From positions 143,288 to 207,287 of the forward strand of contig CAZUXY010000001.1 of NCBI GenBank assembly GCA_964624235.1: 64,000 nt of DNA. The letters are read 5' to 3'. Each line of letters starts with the position of its first letter. The first letter of the stretch is position 1. Below the pieces are notes generated by a model that saw only the letters and a program-made list of their open reading frames with translations, was not told where the DNA came from and ran no database searches. The translations under genes were made by a program, and so were the position numbers. Below are positions 1 through 9,771 of the stretch, piece after piece. Origin of the DNA: an uncultured Leptospirales bacterium (GTDB lineage Bacteria > Spirochaetota > UBA4802 > UBA5368).

Positions 1-780
1 TATGCGTGGGATGTTTTCATAAAAACCTCCTCCGGTAATATGTACCATTCCCTTTATTGGAACAGCCTGTTCCAGGCACTGCATCACCGCACGACAGTAA
101 ATCCTGGTGGGCGTAAGCAGCACGTCCCCGAGCGTAGCGGAAAGATCCTGTATATAGTCGGAGGTGGAAAATCCTTTAACATCGAACAGCAGTTTTCTGA
201 TCAGGGAATAGCCGTTTGAGTGTATCCCGGAAGAAGGAAGACCGATGATGATATCCCCCTCTTTAATACCTCTCCCGTCGATAATATTTTTTTTATCCAC
301 GACACCCACTGCGAAACCGGCGATGTCATAATCGTCGTCGTTCATTACATTGGGGTGCTCTGCGGTTTCACCGCCAACCAGACTGCAGCCGGCCTGTCTG
401 CACCCTTCGGCTACTCCCTTTACAATATCGACGAGCACCGGTTCGTTTAATTTTCCGCACGACAGGTAATCAAGAAAAAAGAGGGGTCTGGCGCCCGATA
501 CCAGGATGTCGTTTACGCACATGGCCACAGCGTCAATACCGATGGTATCGTGACGATTCACCATCTGCGCGATCTTTATCTTGGTACCTACCCCGTCGGT
601 GCCCGACACCAGAACCGGATGTTCCATTTCAGGAAAAGCAGCGGAAAAAAGGGCCCCGAAGCCACCGATATCGGTTATGACCCTTTCAGAAAACGTGGAT
701 TTAACGATTGGGGCGATCTTCTTTACGAACCTGTTCCCCCCTTCAACGTCTACACCTGATTCTTTATAGGTAAAACCCAT
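1..780 (-). CDS. purM: Phosphoribosylformylglycinamidine cyclo-ligase (AIR synthetase), C-terminus cut by window edge
   Basis: Minus-strand translation from the ATG at 780 reads MGFTYKESGVDVEGGNRFVKKI...GGETAEHPNVM..., the canonical PurM N-terminus. The ORF runs open to position 1, so it is absent from the ORF track. Confidence 0.85.
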   Translation of the reverse strand, partial: MGFTYKESGVDVEGGNRFVKKIAPIVKSTFSERVITDIGGFGALFSAAFPEMEHPVLVSGTDGVGTKIKIAQMVNRHDTIGIDAVAMCVNDILVSGARPLFFLDYLSCGKLNEPVLVDIVKGVAEGCRQAGCSLVGGETAEHPNVMNDDDYDIAGFAVGVVDKKNIIDGRGIKEGDIIIGLPSSGIHSNGYSLIRKLLFDVKGFSTSDYIQDLSATLGDVLLTPTRIYCRAVMQCLEQAVPIKGMVHITGGGFYENIPRI

Positions 781-982
781 AATAACCCTTTCTTGTAATT
801 GAACTTTGAGTTCTTCAGTATCCTCTGAATAATCAACGGGACCACATGTCCTGTCACAGGACTTTTGAATTCTTTTCAACGTTTTCACAAGCACTTTTTT
901 TAATTAGTGATTGCCACAACCACAATACCGCAATTACACTGTACATGTACACAGCCTCTATTCCACTACACCGGGATAATTC

Positions 983-1801
983 GTGGGACTTAACCGTAAC
1001 GAGATTGAACAACTGATTGCAAAGCTGCGGGACAGATACGCCCGCTATGCAAAAAAACACAACACATCGTGGTTCAATATTTCCCCTTTTGAAGAACGGC
1101 TGGAAATGGCCGTACAGAAGAAAATGAATCTGGAGGGTTTTATTCTTTCGGAAATATCATACTTCGAAAAACTTAGGGAGAAATACGAAAAGAAAAAAAA
1201 GGAAAAACCGTTCACCGCGCTCGTGGATTCCATACTCGAACAGTACGCTTCACGCATAAAAAAATACCCTCCCATATTTTTTCATCCCGAAGCTCATCTG
1301 GAAATGGTACACCTCTATGGCGCCCTGAGGGGATTTGCCTCAAGGTTATTCCCGGTACTTCGACTCATCATCAAGGAAGCCGCGCATAAAACCATTCTCA
1401 ATGAAATTGATATGAAGCTCGGCTTCCTCGCCGTGCCGCAGGGTACTCATCACTCGAAGCGAGTCGCCGACCACGTAATGGTGCTTTCGAGGCCGGCAGG
1501 ACCGGGCAGGGAGCTTGAGAATGAGAGGGACAAGAACAACTATCTGAGGGAAGCGGCGTTTCTTTTGCATGAAATACACGACTTTTGCGGGGAATTGATG
1601 AATAACCGCGACCCGGATTGGGACCTCCCACTGCGTTTTGACCGGTTATACCTGGTGGGAGAAACGAAAAAAAATATAATCGAAGAATTTTCCCCTTATA
1701 CCGGTTGCGGCGCTATCATCAAGGTACAGGAATCGGCCGCCTCTATCATTGAGGATTTCAGGCTGGGTGCTTTTAACGGGAAACCGGTTACGTCTTCTTG
1801 A
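983..1801 (+). CDS. Hypothetical protein
   Basis: 272-aa ORF with a GTG start and no motif I recognise. Convergent with the REC-PP2C gene. Confidence 0.45.
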   Translation: MGLNRNEIEQLIAKLRDRYARYAKKHNTSWFNISPFEERLEMAVQKKMNLEGFILSEISYFEKLREKYEKKKKEKPFTALVDSILEQYASRIKKYPPIFFHPEAHLEMVHLYGALRGFASRLFPVLRLIIKEAAHKTILNEIDMKLGFLAVPQGTHHSKRVADHVMVLSRPAGPGRELENERDKNNYLREAAFLLHEIHDFCGELMNNRDPDWDLPLRFDRLYLVGETKKNIIEEFSPYTGCGAIIKVQESAASIIEDFRLGAFNGKPVTSS

Positions 1802-3440
1802 TGCAGATCATAGTTATGTCATCCTCCTGCTTTTCATATCCGGTAAACTCATACACCGTTCCGATTATAGAATGAAGCATGTCCCTGGACGGTATATTTA
1901 TATATTCCATGAATTTTTCCACCAGACGCCGGTCGCCGTACATTTCCCTGCTCTCCCTGGAAACGGATTCCGTAATTCCATCAGTGTATAACAGAATACA
2001 GTCTCCATTCTCCAGCGTGAAAGAAATATCGGTAAATTCACTGTCCTCAAAAAAACCTATTAATGATCCTGTTTTATTCAGTAAAAGGTAATTCTTTGTC
2101 CGGTCCTGATAGTGTATGGCCGGAGGGTGTCCGCCCGAAGAAAACAGCACTTCACCGGTCTGTATATTGATCTGGCATACAATTACCGTTCCGAAATAAT
2201 AGAGCCCGGCAATGTCATTGGTCAGTATGTTATTCACCGCGTTTATGGTAAAGGAAGGTGTGAACCTCCTCAGGGAAAAAGTCCGGAAGAGTGACCGTAT
2301 TTCATTACCGATGAACGACGATGCCATGCCGTGCCCGGAAACATCGCAAAGGATAATCTGGTAGACATCGTCGTCAAGATAGAACCCGTCGAAAAAATCT
2401 CCCGAAATGTCCTCGGCGGGCATAAAAACAGATGCGATGTCAAAACCCTTAATATTATCAAACTGGGGCAGCAGCGACACCTGGATTCTTCTGACCTTGG
2501 AGACCTCGTTCTTATACATTGCATACTGATGATCGAGTTCGTGTTGAATCTGAATCCTTTCGGCGATGATCCCTAAAAAATCCACGCTGAGCGAAATGAG
2601 GTTTTTATCATCCTGCTCAAAAGGGCTGAGCCTTTCCATCAGCAGATATCCTGAAATATGGTTGTTAATAAGAACAGGGGACAGGGCGCAATGGATTTCT
2701 CTTCCATCGGATGATTTTATTTTTACCGACATTATGGGTGTGCTAATTGTGTTGTCATTAAGTTTCAAACGTGTCCTTAGACGGTCAAAATCCATAAAGC
2801 TTTGAGCTCCGTCATAGACCTCCTTAAAAATCGTATCCATAATCCCCTTCCGTTCCAGAACGAGCTCAATGTATCCCAGGTCCAGGATTTTCCCGACAGA
2901 AGAAAATTCCCTGGTCAGAACATTGAAATTATCAACGTTAATGTTTTTCTGAATAATCCTGTTCAGTTGATACAGCTTTTTGGAGAATTCCAGCTGGTAG
3001 TTAAATGCCGAATAAAGTTTGTCCTGGTAGGCTTTGATTTTTTTGCAGTTTTTAACCTTTGACTGGACCTCAAAGGGGACGAAAGGTTTTCTGATATAAT
3101 CATTCGCTCCCGCTTCGTATCCTTTTATTATAAATTCTTCCTCATTTTCCGCAGTGATCATTAAAATAAAGAGCTTCTCATACTGGCTGTCCCTGCGTAT
3201 TTCTCTGCAAATTTCAATGCCATCACCATCGGGAAGTACCAGATCCAGCAACAACACATCCGGATAAAAATGGGGAAGCAGATCCTGAAATTCCAGATAC
3301 GTTCCCACACCGGTAAAATGATAGTCCGTTGACAGCAGGTCCGACAGAATTCGTCTTACCATTCTGTCGTCATCAAGGGCCAGTACTCTCAGGCGTGAGT
3401 CATGATTATTGTATTGTACACTATTCCGCATACCCAACAT
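1788..3440 (-). CDS. Response regulator with REC domain and PP2C/SpoIIE-type serine phosphatase output (RsbU-like)
   Basis: N-terminal LRVLALDDD...LLLDLVLPDGDGIEICREIR...DYIRKPF (REC). C-terminal DISGDFFD...CDVSGHGMASSF...LYTDGITE (PP2C/SpoIIE). The ATG at 3440 has an AGGAA 10 nt upstream; the track's longer start at 3479 has no RBS. Confidence 0.8.
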   Translation of the reverse strand: MLGMRNSVQYNNHDSRLRVLALDDDRMVRRILSDLLSTDYHFTGVGTYLEFQDLLPHFYPDVLLLDLVLPDGDGIEICREIRRDSQYEKLFILMITAENEEEFIIKGYEAGANDYIRKPFVPFEVQSKVKNCKKIKAYQDKLYSAFNYQLEFSKKLYQLNRIIQKNINVDNFNVLTREFSSVGKILDLGYIELVLERKGIMDTIFKEVYDGAQSFMDFDRLRTRLKLNDNTISTPIMSVKIKSSDGREIHCALSPVLINNHISGYLLMERLSPFEQDDKNLISLSVDFLGIIAERIQIQHELDHQYAMYKNEVSKVRRIQVSLLPQFDNIKGFDIASVFMPAEDISGDFFDGFYLDDDVYQIILCDVSGHGMASSFIGNEIRSLFRTFSLRRFTPSFTINAVNNILTNDIAGLYYFGTVIVCQINIQTGEVLFSSGGHPPAIHYQDRTKNYLLLNKTGSLIGFFEDSEFTDISFTLENGDCILLYTDGITESVSRESREMYGDRRLVEKFMEYINIPSRDMLHSIIGTVYEFTGYEKQEDDITMICIKKT

Positions 3441-3866
3441 GCCTGTGTATTTCCTGAAATCGATCCAGAAAAAACACATGATGTAAATTCCGATTAATGG
3501 TTCTATGTATCGATAAACAATAAACCGGTTTTCCGATTATTTCAACCAGTTTCTTTAATTGTACGAACAACCGCAACCCATGCCTGGAATTGCAGTAAAA
3601 CAAATATCAGGTGAATCCACTCATCCAGAAAATTATACGGCCGGTATATGTAGTTATTTTTTCCTGTAAAAGCACAGGGATTATTATGACGTGTGGTGGT
3701 TACCCCTGTACAGAATGGAAAGAAATCAATACTAAAAACAGTCGACTTTGTCTTTATACCCTCACACTGTTGATTCAGTATTCATGCCCTTACGATTCAT
3801 ATTGACAATTACCTACCGCAGAAGGGCATAGAAATTTATAGATTCGTTATCATTGCAACGGGTATC

Positions 3867-4565
3867 CTATTCATCCCTGCCGCCCAGTACGCCGGCACGG
3901 ATCAGAAAGTACAAAAGCGTCATGATAGCCGACGCGGCCGCGGCAACGTAGGTCATTGCGGCCGCCGACAAAACCCTGTTTACCCCGGTCATCTCACTGG
4001 AACTCAAAACACCATATGAAGAAAGCATGGCTTTTGCCCTTGTCGATGCATTGAATTCCACCGGCAAGGTAACCAGCTGGAACACAACTACCGCGCTGAA
4101 AAGGACAATACCTATCTTCACCAGACCCAGTGAGCCGATGATGAATCCTGCCATAATGATTATCCACGACAGATTAGAGCCGACCGATGCGGTAGGTGCC
4201 ATCATGTTCCTCAGCACCAGGGGGGTATATCCCTTGGCGTGCTGGACAGCATGTCCTGTCTCGTGAGCGGCAACGCCGAGAGAGGCCAGAGAATTACTTC
4301 TGAATACCTCCGGCGAGAGACGAACCACCTTCTTTATAGGGTCATAATGGTCCGAAAGAAATCCCGTTGTTTCAACCACAGGTATATGTCCAAGCCCGTT
4401 TCTGCTTAGAATAAGTTCCGCCACTTCGGATCCCGTTACATTCCCTCGTGATGCAACCTTTGAATATTTATTAAAGGTGCTTTTTACCCTGAAGGATGCC
4501 CACAGCGAAAGCAAAAGCACCGGTGCCATCATCATCCAGTATAAAGGATCTATCCCAAGAAACAT
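3867..4565 (-). CDS. Membrane zinc metallopeptidase (YugP/Zn_peptidase_2-like)
   Basis: HETGHAVQH (HExxH) motif flanked by hydrophobic helices. GGAGG RBS before the ATG at 4565. Confidence 0.65.
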   Translation of the reverse strand: MFLGIDPLYWMMMAPVLLLSLWASFRVKSTFNKYSKVASRGNVTGSEVAELILSRNGLGHIPVVETTGFLSDHYDPIKKVVRLSPEVFRSNSLASLGVAAHETGHAVQHAKGYTPLVLRNMMAPTASVGSNLSWIIIMAGFIIGSLGLVKIGIVLFSAVVVFQLVTLPVEFNASTRAKAMLSSYGVLSSSEMTGVNRVLSAAAMTYVAAAASAIMTLLYFLIRAGVLGGRDE

Positions 4566-4904
4566 TTTGCACCTCCGTGATTAAAAAGCAAACTCTACCG
4601 ATATTCAGCACTGTCATTAAGAGTTATACAGTCTCTCAGAGACAAGTACCTGATTATATCACTACTTAATAATTTACTACATTTTATCATACGCGTAACT
4701 AAATTATTACCTATAAGTAGTAAAAACATGATTTTGTTACCGGCTGGGATGTTTTTGTTTTTTTAAAAATCAACCCGATGCTGAAAAAAAAATTGAAATT
4801 GTAAATTAATTTAAATTATTTCCTTTCAAAGACATAAAAATGAGCAAGTCAATATGATTTGACAACAACAATCATGCTCATTATCTTTGATCTAACCTCA
4901 AGTA

Positions 4905-6776
4905 TTGGATTTCTTTATGAAAAAAATCTTTGGTATTGTAATTGTTTTATCACTTACGGGATGCGGAAGCACCCTTTCTAATAAAAAAGCATTTCCCCCA
5001 TCAAAATCAACCGAAAGCTGGGTACTATACAGCAACGGATTGTTCCATCTGAACGCGAAGAATTACAAAACCGCGTTAAAATACCTTCATGAAGCGGAAA
5101 AGTCTAATACCGAACTTGACAGGGTATATTATCATATTGCTTTTTGTTATTATAATACTTATGATTATGATTCCGTAAAAAAATACTCAGAACTCGCAAT
5201 CAAACACAATCCCCGTTACACCAAGCCTTACTACCTGCTCTATTCGATGTACATGAACCTGCAGAATTATGAAAAGGCAGCAGCTATCCTTGAGACCTTG
5301 CGCCACCAGGAGCAGGACAACATCAATGTCAGCTACACACTGGGTACACTTTATTATTCAAGACTCAAACAATGGGACAACGCAGAAAAGACATTTAAAT
5401 CCATACTGGAAACCGCTTCAATAAAACCGGTGGATGACTATTTTCAGGAGCATTCAGCCTATTACCTCGGTCACATCTACTATTCAAAAGGCCAGGTCAA
5501 CAGTGCGATTGAGCATTTTAAACTGTGTTCCGAGATAAACCCCGATAATCATTCTGCGCTTTATGCACTTGCTATTCTCTACATGGACCGGTATGAAGTT
5601 GATGAATCACTGGAGTATGCTCTTCTTTATCTGCACTTTTTCCCTGACAATGTAAAAATCAATTCCATAACCGGAAGAATTTTATATTTAAAGAGCGACC
5701 GGAGAGCTTCGATACACCTGAAGAAAGCAATGTTCAACACCGGCTTTGATGGATTAATCGCAAGAGCTTTATACAACGAACTTCTCCATAAAGACAAAGA
5801 CGCAGTGGTACTGTTGAAAAAAGTCATTAAAGGCAATACAACCTACATCTCCCCTCACCTGGCCCTGGCAAGGATCAATCTGCGCAAAAATAATAAAACA
5901 GGTTCGGTAAGCGAGTTTTTTACCGCCGGAATACTGTTCTACCGCTATCGTTTGTATGATAATGCACGTGAAAGCTTCATTAAGGCGCTTTCGATAAATG
6001 ATAAAATCCCCGAATGTTATTTTTATCTCGCCAAAGTTTATGAGGAAACCGAAAGGTTCAGCCAGGCAATGGTAAATTATAAAAAGGTTCTGGAATTGAA
6101 ACCCTCAGCCGAAATTCTGATCCATATAGGCTATCTTTACAGCCTGAAAAGCAACTTCCATAACGCCACGCTGTACATGGATCGCGCCATAGAGATGGAC
6201 CCCAAGAATTCCAAATCATATTTTTTTAAAGGACTCATATTCACACAGATGGACCGTTATCCGGATGCGGAGAAGATGGTACGCCATGCAATTTCTCTCA
6301 ACGAAGAAAATGACGAATACCACTTTTACCTGGCAACCATTCTGGAGAAGCAGAACCGCTTCGATGAAACCGTCGTATCGTTGAAAAAAGCCATTCGGTA
6401 CAATCCTCAAAGCGCAAAATCATATAACTTCCTCGGATACCTTTATGCCGATAAGAATATGAACATTGATGAATCTATTTCCCTTATAAAAAAAGCTCTT
6501 GAATTCGAACCCGATAATGGAGCTTATCTGGATTCACTGGGATGGGCATACTACAGAAAAAAAGATTTTGACCTGGCATTGAAAAAATTGCTTGAGGCGG
6601 AACTGAAGCTTGACAGGGAAAAGAATCCCGATCCCGTTGTATATGATCATATAGGCGATACCTATAAAGAGCTGGGTAATTTTAAAAAGGCTCTGGAATA
6701 CTGGAAAAAGTCCGTAAAAATGAAAAAGGACACTAAAATTGAGAAAAAAATCAAAGGCATTAGAATTATTGAGTGA
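4905..6776 (+). CDS. TPR-repeat lipoprotein
   Basis: Signal peptide ending LTGCGS (lipobox), followed by many TPR-like Y/A/L-rich repeats. Confidence 0.75.
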   Translation: MDFFMKKIFGIVIVLSLTGCGSTLSNKKAFPPSKSTESWVLYSNGLFHLNAKNYKTALKYLHEAEKSNTELDRVYYHIAFCYYNTYDYDSVKKYSELAIKHNPRYTKPYYLLYSMYMNLQNYEKAAAILETLRHQEQDNINVSYTLGTLYYSRLKQWDNAEKTFKSILETASIKPVDDYFQEHSAYYLGHIYYSKGQVNSAIEHFKLCSEINPDNHSALYALAILYMDRYEVDESLEYALLYLHFFPDNVKINSITGRILYLKSDRRASIHLKKAMFNTGFDGLIARALYNELLHKDKDAVVLLKKVIKGNTTYISPHLALARINLRKNNKTGSVSEFFTAGILFYRYRLYDNARESFIKALSINDKIPECYFYLAKVYEETERFSQAMVNYKKVLELKPSAEILIHIGYLYSLKSNFHNATLYMDRAIEMDPKNSKSYFFKGLIFTQMDRYPDAEKMVRHAISLNEENDEYHFYLATILEKQNRFDETVVSLKKAIRYNPQSAKSYNFLGYLYADKNMNIDESISLIKKALEFEPDNGAYLDSLGWAYYRKKDFDLALKKLLEAELKLDREKNPDPVVYDHIGDTYKELGNFKKALEYWKKSVKMKKDTKIEKKIKGIRIIE

Positions 6777-7635
6777 TACATCAACATTCCGAACCACTTT
6801 TATTAAATCGCTAGCTTTCCTTCATATATTTGCGATATTTACGCTGACGATGTTTACATGCGCCGAGAAGCGGATGATCGTCGATAAGCGGCTTATGGTT
6901 TCCAGTGAGAAGAAATCCCGTGAACTGCTGGAGAGAACCCACACCATCAATAAACATTCACCGGAATTCTTCAGCGCTGCGTTTTCAGTGGACGGTATCT
7001 ACAACAAAAAAAGGATCACGTCCATTGGAACTGTTATGTACAAAAAAAAACCCCGGCTGATCAGATTGTCGTTTGTGGATGCGGTCTTTAAAAGCCCTAT
7101 TGTCACACTTATTCAGGATCGAGAAACCGTAAAGATCCATTTTCCTATTGAGAAAACACTCTATATCGACAACATCAATACCCTCGATCTCAGAAATTAT
7201 TTGAACTTTGATATTGAATTCAGCTTTTTCTACACTCTGACCGGGGGACAGATCCCGCTGCTGCCTGGTTTTGCCATCAAAAAGGAGCTTACCGAAGTCG
7301 GTGCCGATGCATCCGAGAAAGAGAGATGTTTCCTGATACTGGAGAACAGGGATTTCTTTCAGACTTTGTCTTTCAAAAATCAGATTCCCGACAAAATACT
7401 GTTTATCAATAAGGCAAGCAGAACCAGGATAGAGATTTATCTGGGCAGGCCGGAGATCAGGGGAGAGTCGGTATTCTTCAGGCAGATTCGTTTTGTTAAT
7501 GTTCAAAACGGAGATAAGATCAACTTCCTTTTCAAAAATCTTGATTATTCAAATGAACCCAGTGTCGCATCGATAACAACTTTAAAGACGGTCGATAAAA
7601 CCCGGGTTATACACATGGTTCCCCGGAAACGGTAA
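6739..7635 (+). CDS. Hypothetical protein, probable lipoprotein
   Basis: 298-aa ORF. N-terminal hydrophobic stretch LAFLHIFAIFTLTMFTC ends in Cys. Overlaps the upstream TPR gene by 38 bp; the exact start is uncertain. Confidence 0.45.
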   Translation: MRKKSKALELLSDTSTFRTTFIKSLAFLHIFAIFTLTMFTCAEKRMIVDKRLMVSSEKKSRELLERTHTINKHSPEFFSAAFSVDGIYNKKRITSIGTVMYKKKPRLIRLSFVDAVFKSPIVTLIQDRETVKIHFPIEKTLYIDNINTLDLRNYLNFDIEFSFFYTLTGGQIPLLPGFAIKKELTEVGADASEKERCFLILENRDFFQTLSFKNQIPDKILFINKASRTRIEIYLGRPEIRGESVFFRQIRFVNVQNGDKINFLFKNLDYSNEPSVASITTLKTVDKTRVIHMVPRKR

Positions 7636-8848
7636 AACGGCGGTAAACACCAATCATCTGTACCACCGCATTCTGCCATCTGAATTCACGCTGTATCCTT
7701 TCCCTGCCCATGACGCCGAGTTCTTTCTTTTTTTTCTTATCGCACATAAGATCGTCAATAGCCGATGCCAGCGCGACCTCATCACGCGCGGGGACTATCA
7801 CTCCGGCGTCACCCACCACTTCGGGCAGTGCTCCTCCGTCGCTTGAAATAACTGAAATCCCACAGGCCATCGCCTCGGCGGCGGGAAGCCCGAATCCTTC
7901 ATACACCGACGGCACCACCGCAAACTCGGATTCGCTGTAGAGTTTCACCAGATCCGCAGTGCTGGCCTTTCCGGTGAAACGAATCCTGTCGTTGATACCG
8001 AGCCTTCTGACCAGTTCCATGGTTATACGACGGTGAGGAGCCCCTCCGTCAACCACCGTCAGCACCACGGGACTTTTCACACGTTTCATGGCCCTGGCAA
8101 GATACACGAAACCCTTTTTGCCGTCCTCGACATTGCCCACAAAAAGAATCTGATTCTTTTTTTTCCTGATGCCCTTCAGCGGTTTGAATACATCTGTGTC
8201 CATTCCGTTGTAAACGACCGTCTGCATTTCCAACGGTACCCCGAAATCCATCCTGATACGCCTTCTGGAATCCTCAGATACCGTAATAATATGGTCAAGC
8301 CTTTTGGATACTATCCGCTGCATCAGGACAGGGTAAAACATTACACCTTTAAGCTTGTTTCTGAAAGACGAGGCCCGTTCCAGCACGTTTTCCATGTCAA
8401 CCGTGAGAGGATGGTGTATAGTGGCAATCACCGGGATCCCCAGACTCTTCATAAGCAGCAACCCGTAACCGAGGCACTGATTGTCATGGATCACATCAAA
8501 CCCGTATTTTTCATGCAGCTTTCTTACTAGTACAAACGCCCTGAAACTGAAGGTGCTGATTTCCGAGAAAGCACCGAGTCTGGTCGCCGAGTATTCATAA
8601 AGATTCAAGAGTTTAAAAATGTCGAAAGGACTTTCCCGATTAATAAAACCCGTTCCGCCCTTTATATAATATTCATTGTTATGTATATAATGTACGTGTA
8701 CCCCTTCTATTATGGTGGGATATGGAGGGCCGACGACTATATGGATTTCATGCCCCTGTCGTACCATTTCTTCGGCAATGTACTTTAAATAAATTCCCTG
8801 GCCGCCGCTGTATGGATTGCCCCTGTAACAGAGTATGCAGATTTTCAA
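7607..8848 (-). CDS. Glycosyltransferase family 4 (GT-B, group 1)
   Basis: N-terminal MKICILCYRGNPYSGGQG. C-terminal EGFGLPAAEAMACGISVISSDGGALPEVV motif typical of GT4. Confidence 0.85.
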   Translation of the reverse strand: MKICILCYRGNPYSGGQGIYLKYIAEEMVRQGHEIHIVVGPPYPTIIEGVHVHYIHNNEYYIKGGTGFINRESPFDIFKLLNLYEYSATRLGAFSEISTFSFRAFVLVRKLHEKYGFDVIHDNQCLGYGLLLMKSLGIPVIATIHHPLTVDMENVLERASSFRNKLKGVMFYPVLMQRIVSKRLDHIITVSEDSRRRIRMDFGVPLEMQTVVYNGMDTDVFKPLKGIRKKKNQILFVGNVEDGKKGFVYLARAMKRVKSPVVLTVVDGGAPHRRITMELVRRLGINDRIRFTGKASTADLVKLYSESEFAVVPSVYEGFGLPAAEAMACGISVISSDGGALPEVVGDAGVIVPARDEVALASAIDDLMCDKKKKKELGVMGRERIQREFRWQNAVVQMIGVYRRFTVSGEPCV

Positions 8849-9480
8849 TAGCGAGGCCCCCCTGTCACACTATAGAGATTTCCCATGGTCACTACCCTGG
8901 ATGGATCGAGCTTCTTTACAATCCTTGCGGGATTACCGGCAACCACGACGTTGGATGGTACATTTTTCGAGACCACCGCACCGGCCGCGACTACGGAGTT
9001 TTTACCGATCCTTACCCCCTTACATATAATGGCCGAGTCTCCTATCCATACGCCTTTTTCCAGCACTATCGGCGAAGTTTTACCGATGGGACTTATGCGG
9101 TTATGCAGATCGTGCCAGTCAGCGTCGGTGAGGTATGCGTAGTTTGCCAGCATGCAGTCGTCACCTACCGTGATTCCGCTGGCACTGCTCATGCGCACCC
9201 CGTTCATTACCAGAACATTGTCTCCGATAGAGATGGACCCTTCATGTTCCCCCATTTTAACCGTGGTAAGCCTGGTCTTGTCACCATTGGCGCCGATAAT
9301 AACCACATTTTCTCCCAGGCTGATATTGGGACCGTATACCTCGACGTTCCATATCCCCCAGACTATGGGCCTTTTTTTAATGAAAGAGAATTTTTTTCTG
9401 AAGAACAGATAATAATAAAGAAGGGAACGGATTTTAAACATGGCCTTGAATAAAACCGATCGATGCAGATAATCAGACAT
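8845..9480 (-). CDS. Hexapeptide-repeat (LbH) O-acetyltransferase, WbbJ/WcaF/maltose acetyltransferase-like
   Basis: Repeated [LIV]G-x4 hexapeptide pattern (IGDNVLVMNGVRM..., IGDSAIICKGVRIGKNSVVAAGAVV). 4-bp overlap with the GT4 gene. Confidence 0.8.
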   Translation of the reverse strand: MSDYLHRSVLFKAMFKIRSLLYYYLFFRKKFSFIKKRPIVWGIWNVEVYGPNISLGENVVIIGANGDKTRLTTVKMGEHEGSISIGDNVLVMNGVRMSSASGITVGDDCMLANYAYLTDADWHDLHNRISPIGKTSPIVLEKGVWIGDSAIICKGVRIGKNSVVAAGAVVSKNVPSNVVVAGNPARIVKKLDPSRVVTMGNLYSVTGGPRY

Positions 9481-9771
9481 GATTGTTCCCCATTGTTTTC
9501 CTGCTTCCCGGATAGCAGTCTGTTGAGTTCTTAACCGGGGAAAAATGAATGGTTTTTTATTGATTTTTAAAGAAACACCCGATATAATAAAATCTCAATT
9601 ACACACTGTCATGAGCAGACAGTGACATGCGGTTTACGTCAATCAATTTTACAGTTTCATTGCGCCGACACGGGTACGTGGTTTTTTTATCATCTGAATA
9701 ATCATCCTAAAATGATTTAATACACTTTTTTTAGCATCAAATATCGATCACGGTTCAGGAGACTGGAAACA

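Noticed and set aside
8033-9453. Plus-strand ORFs (165 and 243 aa) opposite the GT4 and acetyltransferase genes
   Set aside because: Shadow ORFs inside two motif-supported minus-strand genes.
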